Source: an uncultured delta proteobacterium (GTDB taxonomy: Bacteria; Desulfobacterota; Binatia; JACPRU01). Taken from it: 64,000 nucleotides of DNA. Position numbers and translations under genes: made by a program. The notes beneath the pieces are model-generated. The model saw only the letters and a program-made list of their open reading frames with translations, did no database searches and had not been told where the DNA came from. Positions 19,930 to 30,616 of this stretch are shown here, piece by piece (position 1 is the first letter of the stretch; each line of letters opens with the position of its first letter). The stretch lies in assembly GCA_963745025.1 (NCBI GenBank), contig CAVUWD010000011.1, positions 544,001 to 608,000 of the forward strand. Direction: 5' to 3'.

Positions 19930-20471
19930 CACCGGCCTCCTTCCGAGACGCGGCGCCGGCGCATGAGCTCGAGCTCGACTTCTTCTTCGGCGACCACCGG
20001 CTCCGCGAGCCACGCAGACGGCGGCTCGCTCTCGGCCTCTCGGGCGAGCTCGGCCCGTACCCGCGTGCGCAACGTCTCGAACTGCTTCTCGTGCTCCGCC
20101 AGTCTCTCGGCGAGCGCCTGGCTTTCGGTGGCGAGCTCGTCGAGGCGCGCACGCATCGCCTTGGCCTCGCTTCGCCGCGGCAAGAGCCGCCGGATGGCGA
20201 AGCGGGCGAGATCGTCCTTACCGCCCGCGAGCGCGAGCGAGATATCCTCGTCGAGCGCCCGACTCTCCTCCTCACGGCGCGTCAACGACTCGCGCAGCCG
20301 CTTCTCCTCGTCGCGCAGCGCCTCGAGCTCGGCACGCTTGCGATTGAGCTCGATCTCGGCCTCGCGGACATACTGTTTCAGGAGCAGCGAGCGCTCTTCC
20401 AGCGACTCGACCACCCCGTGCGCGTCGGCCTTGAGGAGCGTGGCGATCCGATCGAACAGCTTGAGAGACAT
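19929..20471 (-). CDS. PspA/IM30 family protein
   Basis: LFDRIATLLKADAHGVVESLEE..LLKQYVRE, ALAGGKDDLARFAI, coiled coil; GGAGG RBS. Confidence 0.85.
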   Translation of the reverse strand: MSLKLFDRIATLLKADAHGVVESLEERSLLLKQYVREAEIELNRKRAELEALRDEEKRLRESLTRREEESRALDEDISLALAGGKDDLARFAIRRLLPRRSEAKAMRARLDELATESQALAERLAEHEKQFETLRTRVRAELAREAESEPPSAWLAEPVVAEEEVELELMRRRRVSEGGR

Positions 20472-20700
20472 GTGTGTGATCCTCCTTCCACTCGTGGGTT
20501 CGCCTCGAAACGACATTTCGTTCGTGCCTCGGAAGGCGCCGATTCCTGCACCTGGCTGTTCCGGTCGGCTCCGTACTCGGGCCGATCAGAAAATCCAGCC
20601 GCCGCGCGGATCGCGGAATGCGGCTCTTCCGCGCTCCGCGCGTTCCGTCAGGCGCGAACGTTCGTGGGCAGAGACCTCAGGGGTTACCTCGACTTCACGG

Positions 20701-22152
20701 TTAGCGCTTGCTGCCGGCGCGTCGCTCGTCGAGCGCGGCGGCGCTCTGCGCTTTGCTGAGCTCGTTCTGGCGTGCGGCCTGGTTTTCGCCGACGAACGCC
20801 GAATCGACGTCGGCTTCGAGCTTGCCGAGCGAATCGAGCTTCTGTTGTACGTCGCCCGATTGCAGGCGCACATTCAGCGGTTCGGTCTCGGCGCGGAACT
20901 GCCGGACCTTCTCGATCGCGGCGTCGCGCCGGCCGGCCTTCACCTCGCGCGCGACCTCCTCCTGCATCTTGTTATAGCCGTCGACCACGACCGACCGGGT
21001 CCAGGCCGAGACGTCGACGCGGGCATAGAAATCGTCCTCGTGCTTCACGCTCACCACACGTGGCATTTCGTCGAAGCGGAGCGTCGAGCGCTCGCCCCCT
21101 CGGCTGTACGCGAGCGAGAAGCTGCCGAGCGCGTGATCGCCGGAGGTCTGATTGGGCACCGAGAGGGTCACCCAGATCCGGCGCTGCTGACCGGCGAACA
21201 GCGAGCCCGGCCGAAAGACGACCGCCCCGCCCGTCCGGTCGAGCGGATAGCCGGCCGCGTCCATGACCGCGACGCCTTCACCCGGTTCGATTCGGACTTC
21301 GAGACCCGAGGCGACCGTCGTCCGTGCCGCATCGAACTCGCTGGCAAAGACACTCGCGAGGTCCTCGGAGCTGCGTAGATAATAGTAGTTGCCGGTACCG
21401 GCGTCGGCGAGCGCGGTCATCAGATACTCGTTGAAGTCGGCGCCGACGCCGACCGTCGACAACATGTACTCGCCGCGCGCGGCACGGGAGGCGCGGCGCG
21501 CGAGTCCCTCGGCAGTCGCGTCGCCCTGGTTCGCGAGCCCGTCGGAGATGAGAATCGCGCGCGAAACGCGCCCCGCGCCGCGAATCCGCTCGAGGGTGTC
21601 AAGGCCGAGATCGAGACCGCTCGACAGATTCGTGCCGCCATCGGGCGTGATCGTCGCAACCGTATCGAGCCACACCCCGCGCATGCGGTCATCCGCCGGT
21701 GCTGGCTCGATCGCCAGGCTGGCCGCGTTCGAATACGTGACGAGCGCGAACCGGTCCTCTGCGCCGAGCCGCGACACGAGCTCGCAGATCGCCGCCCGCG
21801 CTCGCTCGATCTTCTCGCCCGCCATCGACCCGGAGCGGTCGAGGATGACGACCAGATCGGTCGGCTGACGCGCGGCCGAGGTCGTCTCGCTCGGCTCGGC
21901 GCCGATCACCAGCTCCATCCGCACCGAGCCCGCGCCGCCGACGAGTACCGCCGTCCGATCGAGAGTCCCCGAGAACGATATCGGCCGTGTCGGCGGGGCC
22001 ACGAACCGGCGGCTGCCGCCGTCCGCGCCGCCCGCCGGTACGACGCCCTTGCCTCGTGCCGCCGCAGCGGCGAGTGCCGTCGCGGCGACGAGCGCGCCGA
22101 CGACCAGCCTTTGGCTTCTCATTCCCCGAAACTTTCTGACGCTGGTTTCCAT
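20701..22152 (-). CDS. Secreted VWA-domain protein (YfbK-like)
   Basis: Signal peptide, MIDAS DRSGSM, GGTNL, LISDGLANQG, AGTGNYYY. Confidence 0.9.
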   Translation of the reverse strand: METSVRKFRGMRSQRLVVGALVAATALAAAAARGKGVVPAGGADGGSRRFVAPPTRPISFSGTLDRTAVLVGGAGSVRMELVIGAEPSETTSAARQPTDLVVILDRSGSMAGEKIERARAAICELVSRLGAEDRFALVTYSNAASLAIEPAPADDRMRGVWLDTVATITPDGGTNLSSGLDLGLDTLERIRGAGRVSRAILISDGLANQGDATAEGLARRASRAARGEYMLSTVGVGADFNEYLMTALADAGTGNYYYLRSSEDLASVFASEFDAARTTVASGLEVRIEPGEGVAVMDAAGYPLDRTGGAVVFRPGSLFAGQQRRIWVTLSVPNQTSGDHALGSFSLAYSRGGERSTLRFDEMPRVVSVKHEDDFYARVDVSAWTRSVVVDGYNKMQEEVAREVKAGRRDAAIEKVRQFRAETEPLNVRLQSGDVQQKLDSLGKLEADVDSAFVGENQAARQNELSKAQSAAALDERRAGSKR

Positions 22153-22240
22153 TCTTCTCTCCTTCCTTTCTCTGCGGACGAACCGTCGTCCGCGCACGAT
22201 CACTCTGCACCAGGAGAACGCGCCGGGGGGAGAGGACTTG

Positions 22241-22278
22241 CGTAAAACGACCGTAAAAGCCGCTGCGGAGGTTTTACG
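22241..22278. promoter_or_regulatory. OmpR/CpxR-type direct-repeat boxes
   Basis: CGTAAAA-CGAC-CGTAAAA (11-bp period) plus an inverted TTTTACG, between the VWA operon and a regulator remnant. Confidence 0.5.
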
Positions 22279-22320
22279 CGGAGTTCAGCTTCAGGGGGCG
22301 AATGCCGTACACTTCGAGTC

Positions 22321-22390
22321 GTGGAGACGAAGCTTCCGATCCTCGTCGTCGAAGACGAGACCGTGCTCGCGACGGGGCTCTCCGGAATCT
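22321..22390 (+). pseudogene. N-terminal remnant of a response regulator
   Basis: METKLPILVVEDETVLATGL is a receiver beta1-alpha1; similarity is lost after about 22 codons. Confidence 0.55.
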
Positions 22391-22630
22391 GCCCGAGGGG
22401 GGCTTCGAGGTGGAGATCGCTTTTCGCAGCGCGGCGGCGCGCTGAGCTACTAGTTCCGAGAATCGTCGCGCCACGCGAAGAATTTGGAGAAGCAGTGACA
22501 AAATTCGGCACTTGGGTTGCGGGCGTCAGCCCGCGCTAAGAGTCCCAAGAAGACCTTGATCGCGACATGGAAGGAAGCGTTTTCCCCCGGATCGAGAATC
22601 TTGTCTTGAAGCCGAGCCCCGGCTCCGCTG

Positions 22631-24736
22631 CTAGTCCGGGGGTAGCAGCGGCGAAGCCGATCCGCCGGCGACGATCCACAACTGATGCGACGTTCGCGTG
22701 ACGGCGACGTGAAGCCGGCGGCGCGCCTCGTGCGTCGTCGGGTACGCCGATGCGGTCGCGTCCGGGACGACGACGTAGTCGAACTCGAGTCCCTTGGCGT
22801 TGTCGACGTCGGTCACGTCGATGCCGGGCTCGAACGTGAACTCCCCGTCAAGGACGAGCCGCGACTCGGGAAGCTCGGCGATGAGCGCGTGGAAGCGCCG
22901 GGCTGCTTCCCCGTCCGCCGCGATCACGCCGACCGATGCGCCGGGCTCGCGCTCGATGAGGTCGCGCAGCGCGCCGGAGAGAAAGAGATGCGCCTGTCCC
23001 TCGCTCGGCATCCGGAAGACACCGATCGGCGCCCCCTGGCGAGCCGCCTGCGCTGGTGTTTCGGGAGCGAGCGGGCCGAGAAGGCGGCGCGCGAGCTCGG
23101 CGACCGGCCGCGGGCAACGGTAGGTGGTGGGAAGACGACACGTCGCGGCGTCGCTCACTCCGAGTGTGGCGAGCGACGCTTGCCAGCCGGCGAAACTCGA
23201 AGCGGTCTGCTGTGCCTCGTCGCCGGCGAGCGTGACGCTCGACGGCTCGCCCAGGAGCTTACCGAGCACGCAGAGCTCGAAAAGCGAGAAGTCCTCGGCC
23301 TCGTCGAGCACCAGCAGCGAGATCGGCCGCGCATCGAGTCCCGCCGCTCTCGATCGCAAGAAGAGGAGTATCGGCAGATCCTCGAGATCGAGCGTGCCGG
23401 CGAGCTCGTCGGGCGTCCCCTCCGCGAGCGCTCGGCCGTCGATGGCGCGTTCCCTCTCCGGATCGGTAATCGAAGCGAGCTGCCGCTCGACCGACTCTTC
23501 GAGCTGAAGCATCGTGTGCCCTACGGTCTCCTCGACCGCGGTCTTGGGTAGGTCGCCTGCGGATGCGCCGACCACGGCGGCGAGAAAGCCGCGGTCCGTG
23601 AACGCTTCGGCAAGCCTCCGGCGCAGGCGGACGAGCTTCGTCGCCGCCGATGTTGCGCCGCCGAATCGACCCTCGAGCATGTGGTAGAGCGCGGGGTGGC
23701 GTTTCAGGCTCGAGACGAGCGGCGGAGCATCGATGCAAAGCCGAATCCGCCTTCCGAATACCTGGCGCGCGAGCTCCGTCGACCACGTCGCGACCGTTTG
23801 CACGTGGGTGGGGGCGATGCGGAGCGGCTCGAGCAGACGCCGCGCCAACCGGGCGAGCCCCTCCTCCGGCATGACGACCTTCGCTGCCGAGAGCGGGTAC
23901 GCCCGAGGGTCGGTCGCCGCGATCCTCGCCATCCGGTGCAGCGCCACCGTCGTCTTGCCACTACCCGCGCTGCCGAGCACGAGCAGTGGCCGCTCAGGTG
24001 TCGCCGATACGGCCGCGTACTGCTCGGCATCGAGGAAGGCCGTCACGTCCGCCCGCTTCGCCCGGCCGGCAGCGCCGACGCCGACCCCGAGGATCCCGGG
24101 GCGCACCGCCGTACCCGCGCCGCCGGAGTGCAACGAAAGCGCGGCACGCTCCGGCATCCGCCAGCCGCCCTCGCGGTCGCGCTCGAGCACGAGGCGGTCG
24201 CCGACGATTCGGGTGAGAAGACCGTTCTCGATGACGACGATCCGGCGCGCCGTGAGGGTGCCCTCGGCCACTCGGCCCGGAAACGTTTCTTCGTATCGGT
24301 CCCCTTCACGGTACCGGTAAAAGATCTTCGCAACGGGCGCCACACGCCAGTCGACGATACGAACCTCGCCCGCAGTGTCGAAGAAGCTGACGTAGCCAAG
24401 AAGATAATCCTCGGCGCCCCGCCCCTCGTCGACTCGTAGATGCGCGATGTACGGAGAGCGGGCATCGGGAAATCGAGGGTTCAGCGGCCGCTCGGCGAGT
24501 CGGTGCTGCACGCTCAAGTCGTGGAGCAGAGCGGGCAGGTCGGCCTCGGAGGCCCGGGCCGCTTCGTCACGGAGTGAGCGAAGCGCTTCCTCGGAGCCCC
24601 CGCCGCGACCGCTCGCGCGAAGCGCCGCGCGCCGCCGAGCCGCCTCCAGCGCCGCGCGCACGCGCGCGAGAAGGACCTCTTCCTCCTCGACGACGGCTCG
24701 AACCTCGGCCGGCAGCGGTGCGAGCGCGTCACCCAT
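22631..24736 (-). CDS. UvrD/HelD-like superfamily 1 helicase
   Basis: IVDWRVAPVA, GSAGSGKTTVALHR, LDEAED, YRCP, KGLEFD, HVAVTR. Confidence 0.88.
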   Translation of the reverse strand: MGDALAPLPAEVRAVVEEEEVLLARVRAALEAARRRAALRASGRGGGSEEALRSLRDEAARASEADLPALLHDLSVQHRLAERPLNPRFPDARSPYIAHLRVDEGRGAEDYLLGYVSFFDTAGEVRIVDWRVAPVAKIFYRYREGDRYEETFPGRVAEGTLTARRIVVIENGLLTRIVGDRLVLERDREGGWRMPERAALSLHSGGAGTAVRPGILGVGVGAAGRAKRADVTAFLDAEQYAAVSATPERPLLVLGSAGSGKTTVALHRMARIAATDPRAYPLSAAKVVMPEEGLARLARRLLEPLRIAPTHVQTVATWSTELARQVFGRRIRLCIDAPPLVSSLKRHPALYHMLEGRFGGATSAATKLVRLRRRLAEAFTDRGFLAAVVGASAGDLPKTAVEETVGHTMLQLEESVERQLASITDPERERAIDGRALAEGTPDELAGTLDLEDLPILLFLRSRAAGLDARPISLLVLDEAEDFSLFELCVLGKLLGEPSSVTLAGDEAQQTASSFAGWQASLATLGVSDAATCRLPTTYRCPRPVAELARRLLGPLAPETPAQAARQGAPIGVFRMPSEGQAHLFLSGALRDLIEREPGASVGVIAADGEAARRFHALIAELPESRLVLDGEFTFEPGIDVTDVDNAKGLEFDYVVVPDATASAYPTTHEARRRLHVAVTRTSHQLWIVAGGSASPLLPPD

Positions 24737-24768
24737 CTTCCCTTATCTTCCCTTATCTTCCCTTTCCT
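24737..24768 (+). repeat. Short tandem repeat CTTCCCTTAT, about 3 copies
   Basis: Read directly; immediately upstream of the helicase start. Confidence 0.7.
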
Positions 24769-25070
24769 CTATGACCGTTGGAGACCTCGCAAGCCCTGGG
24801 TAGTGGATCATTCTCGCCCCCGGAGTGGATGGTGAAGAGGTCGATGGCCCAAATACCCCACGAAGCGAGGCCGGTTTCGCTTGCTTGTCTCGAAGTGTGC
24901 TGCTGGAATGTGGGCCGAGGTTCGGGGGGCGGAGTTGATCTCGAGGTGGGGGCGGAGTGATCCCTTCGAAAGACCGACGCGCGTACAACTGGTCATCGGC
25001 TTGGTTTGCGAACGATGTGCGCTTCGCAGCGTGCGCGCGAGAGATCGAAGGAATCCTCCATAGGTGAACG

Positions 25071-25949
25071 ATGCCCGAGCTGCCCAAACCGAATCTCAAG
25101 AACATCAAAACCCTCATCATCGACGAGGACGCGGCGACTCGAGCGGTTCTTCAGAAGACGCTCACGGAATGGGGCGCGGAAGTGGTCGAGGCGGACAGCG
25201 GTTCAAGGGGAATCGCCGAGCTCGCGCGGGCCAGAGACGCGGGCCGCTCGTTTCAGTTGATCTTCCTCGCTTCGGCGATGTCCGCAACGGACGGATTCCA
25301 GGTCGCGGAGCACATCCGCGGTTACCCGGCGGAGTTCGCGCGTACGATCCTCATGGTGGGCCCCGGACACATCACGTCCGAATTGTCTCGGGCCCGTCAA
25401 CTGAGCATTCCGTGGGTCGCAAAGCCTCTGACGCGTTCCGCGATCATCGGCGCAATCTCGACGGCGCTGAGATTGGAAGCCGGCGAGGAGCAAGCCTCGT
25501 CCGAGCCGAAGCGGAAGCGCCGCTTCCGGATCCTTTTGGCCGAGGACAACTCCGACGTCGGCTGGATCATCCGCACCCAGGTCGAGGGCCCCGATTACCA
25601 GGTGGACGTCGCGGAGGACGGCGGCATCGCGGCCGATCTCTTCCGCATTGTCGACTACGACCTCGTGCTCATGGACCTGCAGATGCCGAATTTCGACGGC
25701 TATTGGGCGACACGGAAGATTCGCGAGTTCGAGCGACAAAACCGGCGCCGCCACGTGCCGATCATCGCCGTCACGGCGTTCACCAACGTAGAGGACCCAC
25801 GGAAGAGCCTCCGTGCCGGGCTCGACGGTTATCTGGCGAAGCCGCTTTCGAAGGACGTTCTCTTCAAGGTCATTCGGAAGCATCTCGGCCCGCCGCAATC
25901 GACGAGCGAGAGCAACCCGGCCGCAAGCGTTGCGCCCCGCTCCAGCTGA
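25071..25949 (+). CDS. Tandem double-receiver response regulator, copy 1
   Basis: Two REC domains; first degenerate (IFLASAMS), second intact (LMDLQMP..AKP). Confidence 0.88.
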   Translation: MPELPKPNLKNIKTLIIDEDAATRAVLQKTLTEWGAEVVEADSGSRGIAELARARDAGRSFQLIFLASAMSATDGFQVAEHIRGYPAEFARTILMVGPGHITSELSRARQLSIPWVAKPLTRSAIIGAISTALRLEAGEEQASSEPKRKRRFRILLAEDNSDVGWIIRTQVEGPDYQVDVAEDGGIAADLFRIVDYDLVLMDLQMPNFDGYWATRKIREFERQNRRRHVPIIAVTAFTNVEDPRKSLRAGLDGYLAKPLSKDVLFKVIRKHLGPPQSTSESNPAASVAPRSS

Positions 25950-26242
25950 CCCCCGTGTGTTTCCCGTGATGCCGCTCTGAAACCTCGCCGACGACAGGAC
26001 CCGCGCGAATTTCGAATTGACGGGCCATCACGGGAATTTCGCATCGGAGCGAACTGTAGCCCTGCTCCAACGATTTGCCCGCGCCGGGCGTGCATGCTAG
26101 AAGTGCGCCACTCTTCTTGAAGGTTCGGCGCGAGAGCAAGACCTCCTAGCGCCCATTCTCACTCTCCCGCACCCAACTCTCAGGACGTTTCGGCGGTGGC
26201 GAACTGTCTCCGTCGCAAGCAGTCAATCGGGAGTGTTGAGAC

Positions 26243-27889
26243 ATGCGTGTCTTTCTCGTCCACGTCCGCGACCCTCAGTTCTACGCGCTACCCGCGGCGA
26301 CACGCGCGGCCAACGGCAACATCCGCGTCATGGGCTTTCCCCCGATCGGCATCATGTCGCTTGTCGGCCGTGCTGAAGCGCGCCGGCCACGAATGCGTGA
26401 TGTTCGATCAGGCCAATCCCGAGACGCCGAACGAGGTCATCGTCGAAGAGCTCAAGCGGCAACGACCGGCGGTGGTCGGCCTGAGCTTCCTCTCCACCAC
26501 GAGCTACCCGTACGCGAAGATTCTCGCCCGCCAGATCCGCTCGGCCGATGACAAGGTGAAGCTCGCCTTCGGCGGGGTGTTCGCCACGCTCAACGCGGAG
26601 CTCGTCAAGCTGCAGTGCCCGGAGGTGGACTTCGTCTGCCGCGGCGACGGCGAGCAGCTCATCCTCGATCTCGTGGAGCGACTGGACGACCCGAGCGGTG
26701 TCGCCGGCCTCACCTGGATGAAGGACGGAAAGCCCGTCCACAACTCCAACCGGCCGATGGACCGCGACTCTCGATCAGTGGCCGTTCCCCGATCGCGAGA
26801 GCCTGCCGCTCGACTTCGTCGAGTCGATGCCGCTCGACGTGCCGGCGGTTCTGTCGATGGAACGCTTCACGACCATGCAGACCTCGCGCGGCTGTCCGTG
26901 GCCCTGCGTGTTCTGCGACATCCCGATCTTCAACGAGGGCAAGTGGCGCTCGCGAAGCGCCGAGCACGTGGTCGCCGAGTTCAAGCAGCTTCAGCAAGCA
27001 CGGTTACGGCTCCGTCTATTTCGTCGACGACCACTTCCTGCTGCAGCCGAAGCGCATCGAGGCGATCTGCAGCGGTATCATCGACGACGAGATCACGATC
27101 GAGTGGGGATGCGAGGGACGCGTCGACTCCGTCGCCCAGCATCTCTTCCCCGCGATGGCCAAGGCCCATTGCCGGACGCATCATGTTCGGCATCGAGAGC
27201 GGCAGCCAGAAGATGCTCGATCGGCTGAAGAAGGAGCAGACGCTCGACGAGGTCACGAACGGCGGTCACCAACGCGAAGCAGGCCGGCATCGAGATCGTG
27301 CACGGCTTCTTCGTCGTCGGCAGCCCCGACGAGACGGTCGAGCGACCTGCGAGCCACGTTCGACTTCGCCTCGCAAGCTGCCGCTCGACACCTTCGGCTT
27401 CAACCGTCTCTGCGTCTACCGCGGCACGCCGCTCTGGCAGGAGTACGTGAAGCGCGGCCTGGTCAACGACGAGCCCGATTGGTACAAGTACTTCAAGTGC
27501 TCTGAGATCGATCCCACCTGCCTCCCGGGCGAGGTGATCCACCACGAGCGCAGCGCGGGTCTCAAGCGGCTGTTCCTCTACAAGCTGCTCGCATTACCCG
27601 CTACAGACCGTCGCGGCTGTTGCGCCGGTTCCTGCGCTTCATGCCGCTCCGCGACGTCTTCTATCTGATCGTCAAGCCGTTCCTCGGCGCGAGCAGCGGG
27701 CCGACCAAGAACGAGACGCTCTCACGTGCCGTCGAGCATGGAGCGCTCAAGGACGCGGCCGCCAATCTCACCCGCGTGGCCGACGAGAGTCTCGAGCGCG
27801 TGATGCACGCTTCGAGATCCGAGCGCGAGCGGATTCAGAGAGAGGCTGAGCCTCCAGTCCAAGCGGTGTCCGTGCTGGCCGAGCGCTAA
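26243..27889 (+). CDS. B12-binding-domain radical SAM protein (multiply frameshifted in this sequence)
   Basis: FPPIGIMSL, GGVFAT, RGDGE, TSRGCPWPCVFC (CxxxCxxC), FVDDHF, FGIESGS, YRGTPL spread over three frames. Confidence 0.85.
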
Positions 27890-28045
27890 CCTCGAAGCGA
27901 AAATACATGGACCCGCAGAGCGTGCCGAGTTCGCACCCGACTTGGCCGCCACGGGCTTCTTCCTAGTCGCCTCTCGCGCCTCCAACGACGGCTCGCCCGC
28001 CATTCTGCGGCGGCCTCTTCTGGTGGGCTTGGCGAGATTGCTGCC
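27887..28045 (+). mobile_element. MITE/REP-like dispersed element, copy 2
   Basis: Aligns by eye to 14933-15095 and starts with the identical TAACCTCGAAGCGAA. Confidence 0.55.
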
Positions 28046-28213
28046 ATGACGATCTCGCCCTCCCACCGTCGAAAATTCGACGCTCCCCAGGAAAGAAGTT
28101 GAAATTAATTACCAGGGCGATCGCTAGAATCCCGCAAAGATCAAGGATCGCGCATCTCGAGACTTCGGTACGACTTTTGCAGCGAAGAGCTATAGTCAGC
28201 CAGGGGGAAACGC

Positions 28214-29486
28214 TTGGACCGGGCCACACTTCGCGACACGACCGACCGAGAAGGCCAGACGGTTCTGCTCCTCCGCTGGGTTCTGATCGTTGCCACGGCT
28301 TACCTTCTCCTCTTTCATGACGCTCGTCTCCAGACTTCTCCCGTCATCGGCGCTGTTCCTGGCCGCCTATCTGGGCTCGAACCTCGTCGTCGCCGCCCTG
28401 CTCCGGCGAATCGGTTCGCAAAAGCGGCTCGAGATGGGCATCGCGGTTTTCGACGCCACGGCCCTCTCGGTCGCCCTCTTGCTGACCAAGGACTTCTCCA
28501 CCGACTTCTTCCTCCTCTACTTCGTCGTGATATTCCTCGCCGCGCTCACGGAGCGGCTCGCGTTTCTGGTGGTGATCGCGGTCGTGATCAGTCTCCTCCA
28601 TCTCTATGTGACGATGGGCACGCTCTCGGTCATGGCGTTCTTCTCCAGTGGAGCGCTCCTGCGCGTCGCGTTTCTCTTCGTCGTGGCGCTCTTCTTCGGG
28701 CATCTCGTCGAGCGGGTTCGCTCGGCCGAGCGTGACGCCGAGGAAGCTCGCAAGCACGAGAAGATCGTCACCGATTTCATCGAGGAGGTCGTCAACAGCT
28801 TCAAGACTCCTCTCGGCGCAATCCAGGCGATGGCGGAGATCGTTCTCGAGCCCCAGACCGGATCGCTGACGCTCGAGCAGGCCGAGCTGCTCCGTCGCAT
28901 CGATGCAAACGCCCGTCACGTGACGAGGATCGCCTCGAATCTGCTCGACGCGCGACGTGTTCAAACGAACCGGCTACAGCTCCACCGCGATTCGGCCGAC
29001 CTACTCGACGTCGTGGAGGAGGTCTTGAGCGTGGTCCGCACCGCGAGCGATCTCAAGGGGATCTCGGTGGAGTTCGACTCGGCCCCGGTTTTGCCGCGTG
29101 TCGACGTGGACGTGAATCAGATCGATCGGGTGGTGTGGAACCTCCTCGACAACGCGATCCGCTGCACTCCGGCCGGTGGCGAGATTTCCGTCTCGCTCGG
29201 CTATGCGGATCGCAGGATCGTGCTCAGCGTCTCCGACGACGGTCCCGGCATCGCCGAAGTCGATCTGCCAGCCGTCTTCGACGCCTTCCGCCGTATCAAG
29301 AGCGGTCGATTCACCAGCTCGGGCTTCGGCCTGTTCATCGCCAAGGCGATCGTCGAAGCTCACGGCGGAACGATCGAAGTCGATAGCGAGCTCGGCGGCG
29401 GCGCGACCTTCACGGTCCGTCTGCCGGTCAGCCGGTCGGAACAGGGACAAACCACACGGTCCTCGCTGCAGCAGCCCGTCGGCTGA
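28214..29486 (+). CDS. Membrane sensor histidine kinase-like protein (frameshift near 28345; H-box His replaced by Asn)
   Basis: TM N-terminus, VVNSFKTPL, NLLDNA, DDGPGI, GFGLFIA. Confidence 0.8.
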
Positions 29487-29657
29487 GACGCGCCTTCGCC
29501 TTGCAGGCGGCTGGATGGCAGAGCATCGTCGCGCTCTTGCTTCGAAGGAGCCCGGCTGATGGAATCACCTTGATCAATGTCGAGGCAGGCGGAGTGATCC
29601 GTTCGGCGGAGGCCCGGCGTGATGGATGGATGGATGTGCCCCTTCATGAGGTGAGGG

Positions 29658-30500
29658 ATGCCTCACCCACTGAACCTCAGGGGGATCAAGATGCTCGTCG
29701 TCGACGACGAGCGCGCCGTCCGTACGGTTCTACTGAAGACGCTCGGGGAATGGGGAGCGCAGATCGTAGAGGCCGAATCAGGCCCCCGAGGGCTCGTCGA
29801 GCTGACGCGGGCTAGAGAGTCGGGTGATCCATTCCAGCTCATATTTCTCGATTCGACCATGCCCCCGATGGACGGGCTCGAGATCGCCGAGCGGGTCGGA
29901 GCCCACTCCCCGGAGTTCGGGCGGATCATCCTCATGATCGGCCCCGAACATGTCGCGCAGGACCTGCCCCGAGCCCGCAAACTAGGGGTTGGCGCCTACG
30001 TGACGAAGCCACTGACGCGGCCCGCGATCGTCGCTGCGATCGCCGCGACGCTGAACCTCGAAGTCCAACAGCCGCAACCCCCCTCCCAAGAAAAGCCGAA
30101 GCGGTTCCGGATCCTCTTGGCCGAGGACACGTTCGACGTGGGTTGGATCATCCGCACGCTGCTCGAGGGACCGGACTACCAAGTGGACGTCGCCCGCGAT
30201 GGCGGCCTCGCCGCCGATCTCTTTCGGATGGTCGACTACGACCTCGTTCTCATGGACCTGCAGATGCCGAATTTCGACGGATACTGGGCGACTCGGGAGA
30301 TCCGCAACTGGGAGCGCCAGAATCAGCTCAAGCACACCCCGATCATCGCCGTCACGGCGTTCGCGCACGAAGAAGACCCCCGCAAGAGCCTTCAAGCGGG
30401 CCTCGACGGGTACCTGGCCAAGCCGGTCTCCAAGGAAACGCTGCTCAAGGTCATCCGCAAGCACCTGGGCCAGCCGTCACGCACGGGAAAGCAGTCGTAA
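29658..30500 (+). CDS. Tandem double-receiver response regulator, copy 2
   Basis: IFLDSTMPPMDG and LMDLQMP receivers; clear paralogue of 25071-25949. Confidence 0.9.
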   Translation: MPHPLNLRGIKMLVVDDERAVRTVLLKTLGEWGAQIVEAESGPRGLVELTRARESGDPFQLIFLDSTMPPMDGLEIAERVGAHSPEFGRIILMIGPEHVAQDLPRARKLGVGAYVTKPLTRPAIVAAIAATLNLEVQQPQPPSQEKPKRFRILLAEDTFDVGWIIRTLLEGPDYQVDVARDGGLAADLFRMVDYDLVLMDLQMPNFDGYWATREIRNWERQNQLKHTPIIAVTAFAHEEDPRKSLQAGLDGYLAKPVSKETLLKVIRKHLGQPSRTGKQS

Positions 30501-30616
30501 TCTCCCGCTGTGTTCAGCGGTCCACGCCGCTCCCCTGAAGTGGCGAGCGCTCTTGATTTCGATTCCAAAAGCGGCGCTTGGGATGGGGGCAATCGCGCCG
30601 ATCGGAGGACAGCGAA

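Noticed and set aside
22631-24736. Helicase as part of an anti-phage defence system
   Set aside because: Stand-alone HelD/UvrD-like gene with no nuclease or defence partners nearby
25960-26242. Possible cobalamin riboswitch upstream of the B12 radical SAM gene (GGGAA, ACTGT, GCCACT, AGACC fragments; 11-bp hairpin)
   Set aside because: Core elements and B12-box spacing do not fit, and a sigma70-like promoter lies in the middle; needs an Rfam/Infernal scan to revisit
26243-27889. B12 radical SAM as the maturase of the 60355 peptide, or as a hopanoid methylase
   Set aside because: 33 kb away with no RRE/SPASM evidence; subfamily cannot be assigned by eye
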